From: Squalus acanthias
Taxonomy: Eukaryota
Reading direction: 5' to 3'
Assembly: GCA_030390025.1 (NCBI GenBank)
Contig: CM059431.1
Span: 136,960,001-137,024,000, forward strand
DNA length: 64,000 nucleotides
Below, one piece after another: positions 25,113 to 38,654 of this stretch; position 1 is the stretch's first letter; each line of letters starts with the position of its first letter. The notes under the pieces are model-generated. The model was not told the DNA's origin, did not search any database, and was given only the letters and a program-made list of their open reading frames with translations. The position numbers and the translations under genes are program-made.

Positions 25113-26244
25113 ATCTTTAAAAGGGGTCCCTGATGGTGAGAATCCCTCTTCAAAAGGGGTCCCTGATGGTGAGACTCCCTCTTTATAGAGGTCCCTGCTG
25201 GTGAGACTCCCTCTTTAAAAGGGTTCCTGATGGGGACACTCCCTCTTTAAAAGGGCTCCCTGATGTTGAGACTCTCTCTTTAAAAGGGAACCCTGATAGC
25301 GAGACTCCCTCTTTAAAAGGGCTCCCTGATGGAAAGACTCTCTCTTTAAAAGCGTCTCTGATGGTGAGACCCCCTCTTTAAAAGGGGTAGTTGCTGGTCA
25401 GTCTTTCTTTTTAAAATAGGTCACGGATGCTGAAAAAAGCTCTTTCAAAGGGGTCCCTGAAGGTGAGAGACTCTCTTTAAAAGGGGTCCCCGTTGGAGAG
25501 ACTCTCTCATTAAAATGAATCCCTGACGGGTATACTCCCTTTTCAAAAGTGGTTCCTGATGGCGAGACTCTGTCCTTAAAAGCGGTGCCTGATAGAATGA
25601 CTCTCAACTTTAAAATGGGTCCCTGATGGTGAGACTCCCTGTTTAAAAGGGCTCCCTGATGTTGAGACTCACTCTTTAAAAGGGGTCCCCGATGGTGAGA
25701 CTCCCTGTTTAAAAGGGTTCGCTGATGGTGAGACTCTCTTTTTAAAAGGGCTCCCTGATGGTGAGACATCCTCTTTAAAAGTGGTCCCTGTTAGAATGAC
25801 TCTCTTTAAAATGGGGCCCCGAGTGTGCGACTCCCTCTTTAAAAGGGGTCACTGATGTGGAGACTCCCCCATTAAAAGGGGTCCCTGATGGTGAGACTCC
25901 CTGTTTAAAATGGGTCCCTGATGGTGAGACTCCCTGTTTAAAAGGGGTCGCTGTTGGTGAGACTCTATATTTTAAAAGTGATCCCTGATGATGAGACTCA
26001 CTCTTTAAAATGCCCCGGATAGAAAGACTCCCTCTTTAAATTTGTCTCTGATGCCAAGACTACCTTTTAAAAGGAATACCTAACAGGTAGATTTTCTTTA
26101 AAAGTGGTCCCGGATAGAAAGACTCCCTCTTGAAAAGTGAATCTTGATTGAAACACTTTAAAATTGTACCCCAAGGGTGATTCCCTATGTAAGAGGTCTC
26201 CCTGATAGAAAGACTCCCTGTTTAAAAGGGATTCCTAATGGGGA
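25113..26244 (+). repeat. 33-bp satellite (TTTAAAAGGGGTCCCTGATGGTGAGACTCCCTC)
   Basis: Tandem diverged monomers; variant with GATAGAAAGAC. Confidence 0.95.
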
Positions 26245-28031
26245 GACTTCTTACAGAAACTCAGCACCCATGGACCGGTTGAACCAGGAATGATCCTCGC
26301 CACGATGGACGTCTCGGCACTCTACAGCAGTATCCCCACGATGAAGGAATCGCTGCGACAGCCTCAGTACTCAACACCAACAACAGCCAATCTCCAGACG
26401 CCATCCTACAACTCATCCGCTTCATCCTTGACCACAATGTCTTCACCTTCGACAACCAGTTTTTTACCCAAACACACGGAACAGCCATGGGGACCAAATT
26501 CGCACCCCAATACGCCAACATATTCATGCACAAGTTCGAGCAAGACTTCTTCGCTGCACAGGACCTCCAACCAACGCTGTACACCAGATACATCGACAAC
26601 ATTTTCTTCCTATGGACCCACGGCGAAGAATCACTGAAAAGACTACACGATAACATCAACAAGTTCCATCCTACCATCAAACTCACCATGGACTACTCCT
26701 CAGAATCGGTTTAATTCCTGGACACACGAATCTCCATCAAAGACGGACGCCTCAGCACTTCACTCTACCGCAAGCCCACGGACAACCTCACGATGCTCCA
26801 CTTCTCCAGCTTCCACCCTAACCACGTTAAAGAAGCCATCCCCTATGGACAAGCCCTGCGAATACACAGGATCTGCTCAGACGAGGAGGAACGCGATGGG
26901 CACCTACGGACACTGAAAGACGCCCTCGTAAGAACGGGATCTGACGCTCGACTCGTCCCATAGACGTCCTCAGAAGACAAACACGGGACATAACCAACAG
27001 AATACACTACGTCGCCCAGTACTTCCCCGGAGCGTAGAAACTACGCCATGTTCTTCGCAGACTTCAACATGTCTTCGATGACGACGAACACCTCGATAAA
27101 TCCATCCCCACGCACCCACTACTCGCCTTCAAACAGCCGCCTAACCTCAAACAGACCATCATTCGCAGCAAATTACCCATCTTTCAGGAGAACAGCGACC
27201 ATGACACCACACAACCCTGCCACGGGAACCTCTTCAAGACATGCCAGATCATCAACACAGATACCATCATCACACGTGAGGACACCACCCACCAGGTACA
27301 TGATACATACTCATGTGACTCGGCCAACGTTGTCTACCTTATACGTTGCAGGAAAGGATGCCGCAGAGCATGGTACATTGACGAGACCATGCAGACACTG
27401 TGACAACGTATGAACGGACATCGCGCAACAATCGCCAGGCAGGAGTATTCCCTCCCAGTCGGGGAACACTTCAGCAGTCAAGGACATTCAGCCTCCGATC
27501 TTCTGGTAAGCGTTCTCCAAGGAGGCCTTCGAGACACGACAACACAAAATCGTCGAGCAGAAACTGATAGCCAAGTTGCACACCCATGAGGACGGCCTTA
27601 ACCGGGATCTTGGGTTCATGTCACGCTACATGTAACCCCACCTGACATAGAGTCATCCAGATTCGAGTCGTCGTTGGCTTGCTCTCTCTACACAGATGCG
27701 GCCGGTCCTGCTGTGATTTCCAGCAAAAAAAGTTTTTTGTTTTCCATACAGACCCCAGCATCTGCCACATTGTCTTTGATGTATTGTTTTCCTGACTGAC
27801 CTGTTTGGACACAATCCACACCTTTGATTGCCGTGATTATCTCTCTGCCGACGTGTGATAAAGGGCAGTTGGAAAGATTAACTGTAATCATCTGGCAGTG
27901 TTCTCTGACTATATATATGCTGTGCCTATATGCATCTCTTCTCTTCACCTGACGAAGGAGCAGCGCTCCGAAAGCTTGTGATTTCAAATAAAGCTGTTGG
28001 ACTGCAACCTGGTGTTGTGCGGATCCTCACA
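26245..28031 (+). mobile_element. Penelope-like element, 5'-truncated (RT and GIY-YIG endonuclease), disrupted
   Basis: MDVSALY, GTAMGTKFAPQYANIFM, RYID(N)IF; VVYLIRC...WYIDET...RMNGH. Confidence 0.9.
27945..27981 (+). ncRNA. Minimal type I hammerhead ribozyme motif
   Basis: TCAC-CTGACGA-A-GGAGC(AGC)GCTCC-GAAA-GCT-T-GTGA: stem I, core, stem II, palindromic AGCT stem III. Confidence 0.75.
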
Positions 28032-31000
28032 TTTAAATGGGTTAGCTGATGGTGAGACATTCTCTTTAAAAACGGTCCCTGATGCTGAAACAAGCTCTTT
28101 TACAGGGGTCCCTGATGGTGAGACTCTCTCTTCAAAAGGGGTCCCTGGTGAAAAAGACTCTTTCATTAAAAGGGGTCCCTGACGAGTATACTCACTTTTA
28201 AAAAACGGCCCCTGATGGTGAGACTCTCGCTTCAAAAGGGATACCTGATGGAGAGACTTTCTCTTTAAAAGCGGTCCCTGATACTGAAACTCCCTCTTTA
28301 AAAAGGGTCCCTGATGGCGAGATTCCCTCTTTAAAAGGGGTCTCTGACGACGAGTTTCTCTTTAAAAGAGGTCGCTGATGGTGAGACTTCCTCTTTGAAA
28401 GGGATCCCTGATGTGGAGACTCTCTAGGTAAAAGGAGACGCTGATGGTGAGACTCTCTTTAAAAGGGATCCGTTATGGTGAGACACCCTCTTTAATAGAG
28501 GTCGCTGATGGTGAGACTCCCTCTTTAAAAGGGATCCCTGATGGGGAGACTCTATCTTTGAAAAGGGTCCCTGATGCTGAAAAACACTCTTTTAAAGGTG
28601 TCCCTGACGGTGAGACTCTCTCTTTTAAAGATATCAGTAAAAGATAGATTCTCTTTAAAAAATGGTCCCTGATAGAAAGACTCCCTATTTAAAAGTGAGC
28701 CTTGATTGAAAGACTCTCTCTTTAAAATGGTACACCAAGAGTGAGACTCCCTATGCAAAAGGGCTCCCTGATAGAAAGACTCTCTCTTTAAAAGGGTCTC
28801 TGATGGTGAGACTCCCTCTTTATAAGGGATTTGTAATGGGGAGACTCTCACTTTAAAAGGGGTAGTTGATGGTGAGACTTTCTCTTTAAAATCGGTACCT
28901 GATGCTGAAACAAGCTCCTTTAAAGGGGTCCCTGAAGGTGAGACTCTCTCTTCAAAAGGGGACCCTGGTGGTTAGACTCTCTCATTAAAAGGTGTTCCTG
29001 ACGGGTATACACCTTTTTCAAAAGGGGTCCCTGATGGTGAGACTCCGTCTTTAAAAGGGCTCCCTGATGTCGAGACGCTCTCTTTAAAAGAGGTCCCTGA
29101 TGCCGAGACTCTCTCTTTAAAAGGGGTCCCCGATGCGGAGACTGCCTCTTTAAAACGGGCCCCTGATAGAATTACCCTCTCTTTAAAAGGGGTCCCTGAT
29201 GGTGAGACTCCCTCTTTAAAAGTGCTCCCTGATGGTGAGACTCTCTCTTTAAAAGGGGTCCTTGATGTTGAGACGCCCACTTTAAAAGTGGTCCCTCTCA
29301 GAATGACTCTCTCTTTAAAATGGGTCCCCGAGGGTGCGACTCCCTCTTTAAAACGTATCCCTGATGTGGAGACTCTCTCATTAAAAGTGATCACTGATGG
29401 TGAGACTCTCTCTTTAAAAGAAGTTCATGACGGTGAGACTCACTCTTTAAAAGGCCCCGGATAGAAAGACTTTCTCTTTAAATGGGTCTGTGATGGGGAG
29501 ACTCCCACTTTAAAAGGGATCCCTAATAGGGAGGCTGTATCTTTAAAAAAAGGGTCGCTGATGCTAAAACACACTCTTTTAAAGGGGTCTCTGATGGTGA
29601 GACTTTCTCTTTAAAAGGTGTTCCTAATAGGTAGATTCTCTTTAAAAGTGATTCCTGTTAGAAATACTCCCTCTTTAAAAGTGAATCTTGATTGAAAGAC
29701 TCTCTCTTTAAAATGGTACCCCAAGGATGACTCCCTATGTAAGAGGGCTCCCTGATAGAAAGACTCCCTGTTTAAAAGCGATTCCTAATGGGGAGACTCT
29801 CTTTAAAAGGGGTCCCAGATGGTGAGACTCTCTTTTCAAAAGTGGTCCCTGATGGTGAGACTCCCTCTTTAAAAGCTGTCCGTAATGGGGAGACTCTCTG
29901 TTTAAAAGGGGTCCCTAATAGAAAGACTCTCTCTTTAAAATGGGTCTCCTAGGGTGACACTCCCTCTTTAAAAGGGGTCTCTGGTAGAATTACTCTCACT
30001 TTAAAAGGAGTCTCTGATGGAGCGACTCTCTCTTTAAAAGAGGTCCCTGATGGTGAGACTCTCTCTTTAAAAGCTGTCCCTGATGGTGAGACTCTCTCTT
30101 TAAAAGAGGTCCCTGATGGTGAGACTCCCTCTTTAAAAGCTGTCCCTGATGGTGAGACTCTCTCTTTAAAAGAGGTCCCTGATGGTGAGACTCCCTCTTT
30201 AAAAGGGGTCCCTGATGGTGAGAGTCTCTGTTTAAAAGGGATCCCTGATAGTGAGACTCACTGTTTAAAAGGCCCCCGGATATCAAGTCTCCCTCTTAAA
30301 ATGGGTCTCTGATGGTGAGACTCCAGCTTTAAAAGGGATTCCTAATGGGGACACACTCTCTTTACATTATGTCACTGATGCTGAAACGCACTCTTTTTAG
30401 GGGTCCCTGATGGTGAGACTCCCTCTTTAAAAGGGGTTCCTGATGGCGAGACTCTCTCTTTAAAAGGGGTTCCTGAAAGAAAGACGACCTCTTTAAAACT
30501 TGTCCCTGATGGTGAGACTCCCACTTTAAAAGATGTTCCTGATGATGAGACTCCCTCTTTAAAAGTGGTCCCTGATGGTGAGACTCACTCTTTAAAAGTG
30601 GTCTCTGACGGTGAGACTCCCTGTTTAAAAGGGGTCTCTGATAGAAAGACACCCTCTTTAAAACGGGTCCTTGATGCTGACACTCCCTCTATAACAGGGT
30701 TCGCTGATGGTGAGACTCTCTCATTAAAAGGTGTCCGTAATAGGAAGATTCTCTTTCAAAGTGATCTCTATTAGAATGAATCTCTCTTTAAAATGTTTCC
30801 CCGAGGGTGAGACCCCCTCTTTAAAATGGATCCGATAGAAAGTCTCTCTCTTTAAAAGTGGTCCCTAATGGTGAGACTCCCCCTTGAAAAGGGATCCCTG
30901 ATGGTGAGACTCATTCTTTAAAAGGGATACGATGGCGAGACTCTCTTTAAAAGGGGTCCCTGCTGATGAGACTCTCTATTTAAAAGGACTTTCTGATTTT

Positions 31001-31725
31001 GAGACGTGCACTTTAACAGAGAACCCTGATGGTGAGAGTCTCTCTTCAAAATGTGTCCCTGAATGTTCGACACCCTCTTTTAAAGGTTTCCCTGATGCTG
31101 AAATACCGTCTTTAATAGAGGTCCCTGATGGAGAGAAGCCCTCTTTACAATTGATTACTAATGGGGAGACGCTCTCTTTAAAAGGGGTCCCTGATGTTGA
31201 GACTCTCTATTTAAATGGGGTCACTGATGGTGAGACTCCCTCTTTGAAAGGGGTCCCTGATTGCGAGATTCTCTCTTTAAAGTGAGTCCCTGATGGTGAG
31301 ACCCCCTCTTTGAAAGAGGTCCCTGATGGTGAGACTCCCTTTTTAAAAGGGGTCGCTGTTGGTGAGACTCTCTCTTTAAAAGGCGCCCCTGATGGTGAGA
31401 TTCTCTCTTGAAAAGGGATCCCTGATGGTGAGAGTCACTCTTTAAAAGCGGTCCCTAATGGGAATATTCTCTTTAAAATGTGCCCCTTATAGAAAGACAA
31501 CCTCTTTAAAAGGGGTCCCTGATTGTGAGAATCACTATTTAAAAAGGGTCCCTGATGCTGAAACCCCCACTTTAAAAAGTGTCTCTGATGGTGAGACTCC
31601 ATCTTTAATAGGGGTTCCTGGTGGTGAGACTCCCTCTTTGAAAGGGGTCCCTGATGGCGAGATTCTCTCTTTAAAAGGGGTCCCTGGTGAACAGATTCTC
31701 TCATTAAAAGGGGTTCCAGACTGGG
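28032..31725 (+). repeat. 33-bp satellite
   Basis: Tandem monomers. Confidence 0.95.
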
Positions 31726-33130
31726 ATAGAAACATAGAAATATAGAAACATAGAAGATAGGAGCAGGAGTTGGCCATTCGTCCCCTCGAGCCTGCTCCGG
31801 AATTTAAAGAGATCCTGGCTGATTTTCCAAACTCAGTACCCAGTCCCTGCTTTCTTCCCATATCGCTTGATTCCTTTAGCCTTAAGAAATATATCTAGCT
31901 CATTCTTGAATATATTTAATGAATTGGCCTCAACTGCCTTCTGTGGTAGAGAATTCCATAGGTTCACCACTCTCTGGGTGAAGAAATTCCTCCTCATCTC
32001 AGTCCTAAATGGCTTACCCCTTATCAATAGACTGTGAACACTGTTTCTGGACTCCCCGCCATCGGGAACATCCTTCCTGCAGCTAATCTGTCTAGTCCTG
32101 TTATAATTTTATAAGTTTCAATGAGATCCCCTCTCATTCTTCTAAACTCTAGCGAATACAAGCCCAATCGTCCCAATCTCTCTTCATACGTCATTCCTGC
32201 CATCCCAGGTATCAGTCTGGTGAATCTTCGCTGCACTCCCTCCATGGCAAGAACATCCTTCCTCAAATAAGGCGACCAAAACTGCGCACAATATTCAACG
32301 TGTGGTCTCACCAAGGCCCTGTACAACTGCAGCAAGACATCCTTGCTCCTGTACTCGAATCCTCTCGCTATGAAGGCCAACATACAATTCGCCTTCTTAA
32401 CCGCCTGCTGCACCTGCATGCTTACCTACAACGACTGGTGCACAAGGACTCCCAAGTCTCGTTGCACTTCCTCTTTTCCCTATCTATTGCCGTTCAGATA
32501 ATAATCTGCTTTCCTGTTTTTGCCACCAAAGTGGATAACCTCGCATTTATCCACATTATACGGCTTCTGCCATGCATTTGCCCAATCACCCAACTTGTCC
32601 AAACTATAATGGATTTTCTCTGCATCCTCCTCACAGCACACACGCCCACCCAGCTTTGTGTCTGCTGCAAACTTGGAGAAATTACATCTAGTTCCCTCGT
32701 CTAGATCATTAATATATATAGTGAATAACTGGGGTCCTAGCACCGATCCCTGCGTTACCCCACTAGTCACTACCTGCCACTCGGAAAAAGACCCGTTTAT
32801 TCCTACTCTCTGCTTCCTGTCTGCCAACCAGTTCTCTATCCAAGTCAGTACTTTACCCCCAATCCCATGTGCTTTAACTTTGCACGCTAATCTCTTATTT
32901 GGGACCTTATCGAAAGCCTTCTGAAAGTCCAAATACACCACATCCACTGGTTCTCCCTTATCTATTCTACCAGTTACATCCTCGAAAAATTCCTGTAGAT
33001 TAGTCAAGCATGATTTACCTTTTGAAAATCCATGTTGACTTTGTCCGATCCTGTCACTGTTTTCCGAGTGCTCTGCTGTTACATCTTTTATAATGGTCTC
33101 TAGCATTTTCCCCACTACCGATGTCAGTCT
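31726..33130 (-). mobile_element. CR1 LINE, 5'-truncated
   Basis: RT ORFs 32480..33226 and 32024..32419; (ATAGAAAC)n tail. Confidence 0.92.
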
Positions 33131-33132
33131 TA

Positions 33133-36100
33133 CATAGAAACATAGAAACATAGAAGATAGGAGCAGGAGTAGGCCATTCGGCCCCTCGAGCCTGCTCCAC
33201 CATTCAATGAGATCATGGCTGATCATCCAAACTCAGTACCCTCTACCCGCCTTCTCCCCATATCCCTTGATACCTTTAGCTTTAAGAAATATATCTAACT
33301 CAATCGTGAATATATTTAATGACTTGGCCTCAACTACCTTCTGTGGTAGAGAATTCCACAGGTTCACCACTCTCTGGGTGAATAAATTCTTCCTTATTTC
33401 TGTCTTAAATGGCTTACCCGTTATCCTTAGATTATGACCCCTGGTTCTGGACTCTCCGACCATCAGGAACATTCTTCCTGCATCTAGTTTGTCCAGACCT
33501 GTCAGAATTTTATATGTTTCGATGAGATCACCTCTCATTCTTCTATACTCCAGCGAGTATAAGCCCAATCGACCCAATCTCTCCTCATATGTAATACCTG
33601 CCATCCCAGGTATCAGCCTTGTGAATATTCGCTGAACTCCTTCGATGGCAAGAACATCCTTCCTCAGATAAGGCGACCAAAGCTGCACACAGTACTCAAG
33701 GTGTGGTCTCACCAAGGCCCTGTACAACTGCAGCAGGACATCCGTGTTCCTTTACTCAAATTCTTTCGCTATGAAGGCCAACATACAATTTGCCTTCTTC
33801 ACCGCCTGCTGCACCTGCATGCTTACTTTCAGCGACTGGTGCACAAGGACACCTAGGTCTCGTTGCACTTCCTCTTCTCCCAAACTATTGCCATTCAGAT
33901 AATAGTCTGCCTTTCTGTTTTTGACACCAAAGTCGATAACCTTGCACTTATCCACGTTATATTGCATCTGCCACGCTTCTGCCCACTCACCCAACCTGTC
34001 CAAATCATCCTGGAGTTTATCGGTATCCTCCTCGCAGCACACACTCCCACCCAGCTTTGTGTCATCTGCAAACTTGGAGATATTACATTTGGTTCCCTTA
34101 TCTAGATCATTAATGTATATTGTGAATAGCTGGGGTCCAAGGACCGATCCCTGCGGTTCCTCACTAGTCACTGCTTGCCACTCGGAAAAAGACCCATTAA
34201 TTCCTACTCTCTGCTTTCTGTCCGCCAACCAGTTCTCTATCCAAGTCAATACCTTGCCCCCAATCCCATGTGCCTTAACTTTACACGCTAATCTCTTTAT
34301 GCGGGACCTTATCAAAAGCCTTTTGAAAGTCCAAATACACCACATCTACTGGTTCTCCCTTATCTATTCTACCAGTTACATCCTCGAAAAATTCCTGTAG
34401 ATTAGTCAAGCATGATTTACCTTTTGTAAATCCATGTTGACTTTGTCCGATCCTGTCACTGTTTTTCAAGTGATCAGCTATTACTTCCTTTATAATGGAC
34501 TCTAGCATTTTCCCCAATACCGATGTCAGGCTTACCGGTCTGTAATTCCCCGCTTTCTCTCTACCACCCTTTTTGAATAGTGGGGTAACATTGGCTACCC
34601 TCTCATCCATGGGTACAGTTCCAGATTCCATCGAATGTTGGAAGATGATCAGCAATGCATCTACTATTTCTCGGGCCACTTCCTTAATTACCCAGGATGT
34701 AGATTATCACGCCCTGGGGATTAATCGGCCTTCAATCCCATCAATTTCCCTAACACCATTTCCCTGCAAATACTGATTTATTTCAGTTCCTCCCTTTCAT
34801 CAGATCGTATGTTCTCCAACCTCTCTGGAAGGTTATTTGTGTCCTCCTTTGTGAAGACAGAACCAAAATATGCATTTAATTGGTCCGCCATTTCTTTGTT
34901 CCCCATTATAACTTCCCCCGCTTCTGACTGCAAGGGACCTACACTTGTTTTCACTAATCTTTTTCTCTTCACATACCTATAAAAGCTCTTACAGTCAGTT
35001 TTTATGTTCCTAGCAAGCTTACTTTCATATTCTATTTTCCCCTTCTTAATTAATCCCTTTGTCCTCTGTTGAATCCTAAACTGCTCCCAATCCTCAGGGC
35101 TACCGCTTTTTCTGGCCAATTTATATGCCCTCTCCTTGGATGTTATGCTATCCCTAATTTCCCTTGTTAGCCACGGTTGAGTCACCCTTTTTGTTTTAAT
35201 CTTATGCCACACTGGGATGAACAAATTCTGTAGTTCATCCATGCAGTCTTTGAATGTTTGCCATTGCCTATCCACGGTCAACCCCTTGATTGACATTCCC
35301 CAATCAATCCTACCCAATTCGCGCCTCATACCATCGTAGTTTCCTTTATTTAAATTCAGGAACCTAGTCTCTGATTCAACGACTTCACTCTCCATCCTAA
35401 TGAAGAATTCTATCATATTATGATCACTGTGACCCAAGGGGCCTCGTACAACAAGCTTGCTAATTAATCCTTTCTCGTTACATAATACCCAGTCTAAGAT
35501 GGTCTGATCTCTGGTTGGTTCCTGGACATATTGTTCCAGAAAACCATCTCGTAAACATTCTAGGAATTCCTCCTCCACAGTATTTTTACTAATTTGGTTA
35601 GCCCAATCTATATGTAAATTAAAGTCACCCATGATGACTGCTGTGCCCTTACTGCATGCTTCTCTAATTTCCCTTTTAATGCCGTCCCCAAACTCCGTAT
35701 TACTGTTTGGAGGTCTATATACCACTCCCACTAACGTTTTCTGCTCCTTGTTATTTCTCAGTTCTACCCATACAGATTCCGCATCATCAGAGCTAATATT
35801 CTTCCTTTCAATTGTGTTAATCCCCTCTTTAACCAGCAATGCTACCCCACCTCCCTTTCTTTTTTGCCTATCTTTACTAAATATTGAATAACCCTGGATG
35901 TTGAGTTCCCAGCCTTGGCCATCCTGGAGCCATGTTCCTGTAATCCCAATCAAATCGTCTTCATTTATCTCTATTTGCGCAGCTAATTCATCCACCTTGT
36001 TCCGAATATCCTTGCATTAATACACAAAGCTTTCAGGCTTGTTGTTTTAACGCTCTCAGACCTATATGGAATATTATTTACTGTGACCATGTTTGATTTA

Positions 36101-36938
36101 AACCGTTGAGTTCTTTGCCTTCTACTTTTGTTTTTCTCCTTCCTGTCTTTAGCTTTTATCCTTGTTTCCCTTTCCTCTGTCTCCCTGCACCGGTTCCCAA
36201 CCCCCTGCCACTTTAGTTTAAACCCTCCCCAACAGCACTAGCAAACACTCCCCCTAGGACATCGGACCCGGCCCTGCCCAGGTGCAGACCGTCCCCTTTG
36301 TACTGGTCCCACCTCCCCCAGAACCGGTTCCAATGTCCAAGGAATTTGAATCCCTCCCCCTTGCACCATTCCTCTAGCCACGAATTCATTTGAAATATTC
36401 TCGTATTTCTACTCTGATTAGCACGTGGCACTGGTAGCAATCCTAAGATTACTACCTTTGCGGTCCTCTTTTTTAATTTACCTCCTAACTCCCTATATTC
36501 TGCTTTTAGGACCTCATCCCGTTTTTTACCTATATCGTTGATGCCTATGTGCACCACGACAACTGGCTGCTCGCCCTCCCCCTCCGAAATGTTCTGTAGC
36601 CGCTCCGAGACGTCCTTGACCCTTACACCAGGGAGGCAACACACCATCCTGGAGTCTAAATTGCGGCCGCAGAAACGCCTATCTATTCCCCTTACAATTG
36701 AATCCCCTATCACTATAGCTCTTCCATACTTTTTCCTCCCTGCCTGTGCAGCAGAGCCACCCATGGTGCCAGAAAGTTGGCTGCTGCCGCCTTCCCCTGA
36801 TAAGAAATCCCCCCCCCAACAGCATCCAAAGAGGTATAACTGTTTGAGAGGGGGATGGCAACACGGGACCCCTGCACTACCTGCCTGCACCTCTTACTTT
36901 GCCTGGTGATCACCCATTCACTTCCTGCCTGTATACCC
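33133..36938 (-). mobile_element. Long CR1 LINE (ORF1 esterase, ORF2 EN-RT), disrupted; interrupted by Gypsy
   Basis: ORF1 GDS...DGLHL; endonuclease GDFN/SDH; RT FADD; tail repeats. Confidence 0.93.
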
Positions 36939-38654
36939 TGTCATAAATCGCAAGTAACAACTCAGGAAGTACTACTGGGCGGCCAGCTGGGGCGCCGTCC
37001 AGGGAGTATAAATACTCAGGCATGGGCCCACCTTGGGCAGAGACAATCTGGAAACAGGAAGCTAGTGACTGCTAACTAAACCTCCATGTTTTGTTACAAG
37101 TTGATTAAAGCCTTGCTTTATGTTCAAGTGCGTAGTGAGTCTTTATTACGTCAATTTAATCAACTTGATATCGTCTCCACGCTGTGGGTGATTCGGAACA
37201 ACCAGCTGCAACTCGAACCACAGAAGGGAACTTGGGTAAGAAACTGATCCATCATGGAAAAACTCCTTAGACCCGCTCGTCTCGACCTGGACCCGAATGC
37301 ACCTGCGGCAGCAAAGGTATGGAAGCATTGGTTTCGTACCTTTAGCAACTTTCTTGAAGAATGTGGGGCGGATGTCCCTAATAAGTTACGAATGCTTATC
37401 AACTACGTGTCTCCTCATGTGTATGATTATATGGAGGACTGTATAGACTATGACACTGCTATCGAAATCTTACAGCAGCTATATGTCAAGTCCCCAAATG
37501 AAATCTTTGCTCGACACCTACTGGCCACAACTCGGCAGCAGCCTGGGGAATCACTCGATGAATTTCTCCAGAAACTTCGCAGGCTCAGCAAGCATTGTAA
37601 CCTTAAAGCAGTTTCAGCTGAACAGTATCAAGAGGAACTAATCCGCGATTCCTTTATCAATGGAATCGCGTCCCCTTTTATACGTCAGCGCCTGCTGGAA
37701 AATAAAACCCTCAATTTACAGGCTGCTTATGACCAGGCGTGTTCCTTGGACTTGGCCAAGAAAAATGCAGACACTTATCTCCCACCACGTGCACGGGCGG
37801 CGGCTATCTCCTTTAATGAGTCTTTCGGTAGGTCTCGGGCGGATGCCCCCACTGATGTTGACTCTACTCTAACAGACGACGACCCTACCCTAGAGGCCTT
37901 CGCTGATGACGACCCCGCCCTAGCAGCATCCTGGCAATCAGGAAGAAAGTGTTTCTTTTGTGGAGGGGCGTGCCATCACAGAAAATTTTGCCCGGCTCGT
38001 AATGTGACCTGCAATCATTGCAGCAAGAAAGGACACTTTTCCAAGGTATGCCAGTCACGGGCCTTTGCTAACAAGAAAGGCCACTCCTCTAAAGTATACC
38101 GGTCGAGAGCTCCTGTTAGCTTCACAGCTTCTATCTATGGAGCTGCTCCTCCCCCAAGAACTACTGTTAAGGCTACAGTTGCCGAAGGGAAAATTGCCCC
38201 TCCTCCCATCACGGCTGTTTTTCCCCAAAGTTTGTCCCATGCAGCCACGAAGGTTTCAGTAAATGGGCACAATCTAAGCGCGCTAATCGACTCCTGCAGC
38301 TCTGACAGCTTCATTAGTAAGCCGGCTGTCAACAGGTTAAAACTGCACATTTATCCCTCGGACAGGGAGATTGCAATGGCTCTGACGACTCTGACCACCA
38401 ATTCTTCTGGCTTCTGTCTGGTCAACCTCATCCGCAACGGCCGCACGTATCTCTCCACCCGGCTCGGAGTACTCGCAAACTTATGCAGCGATGTGCTTCT
38501 GGGACAGGACTTCCAGAAGCAGCACAAGAAGATCACTTTTGAGTTTGGAGGGTCAAGGCCGGATCTTACCATTTCTAAGGTGCCGTTTTGTGCACTCTCG
38601 GCGGCCTTACTCGGTGAACCCTGCCTGTTTGCCAATCTTCCCCCCCGCTGTAAA
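36939..38654 (+). mobile_element. Gypsy LTR retrotransposon 5' half (LTR 36939-37153, gag-protease), cut by the duplication junction
   Basis: Near-identical to 50133-51848. Confidence 0.93.

Noticed and set aside
31726..31760. CR1 targeting of the satellite via ATAGAA microhomology with the GATAGAAAGAC variant
   Set aside because: The junctions seen (31726, 63573, 63960) do not consistently fall at that variant.
36213..36890. SGNH esterase as a captured host gene
   Set aside because: Established ORF1 domain of CR1-type LINEs.
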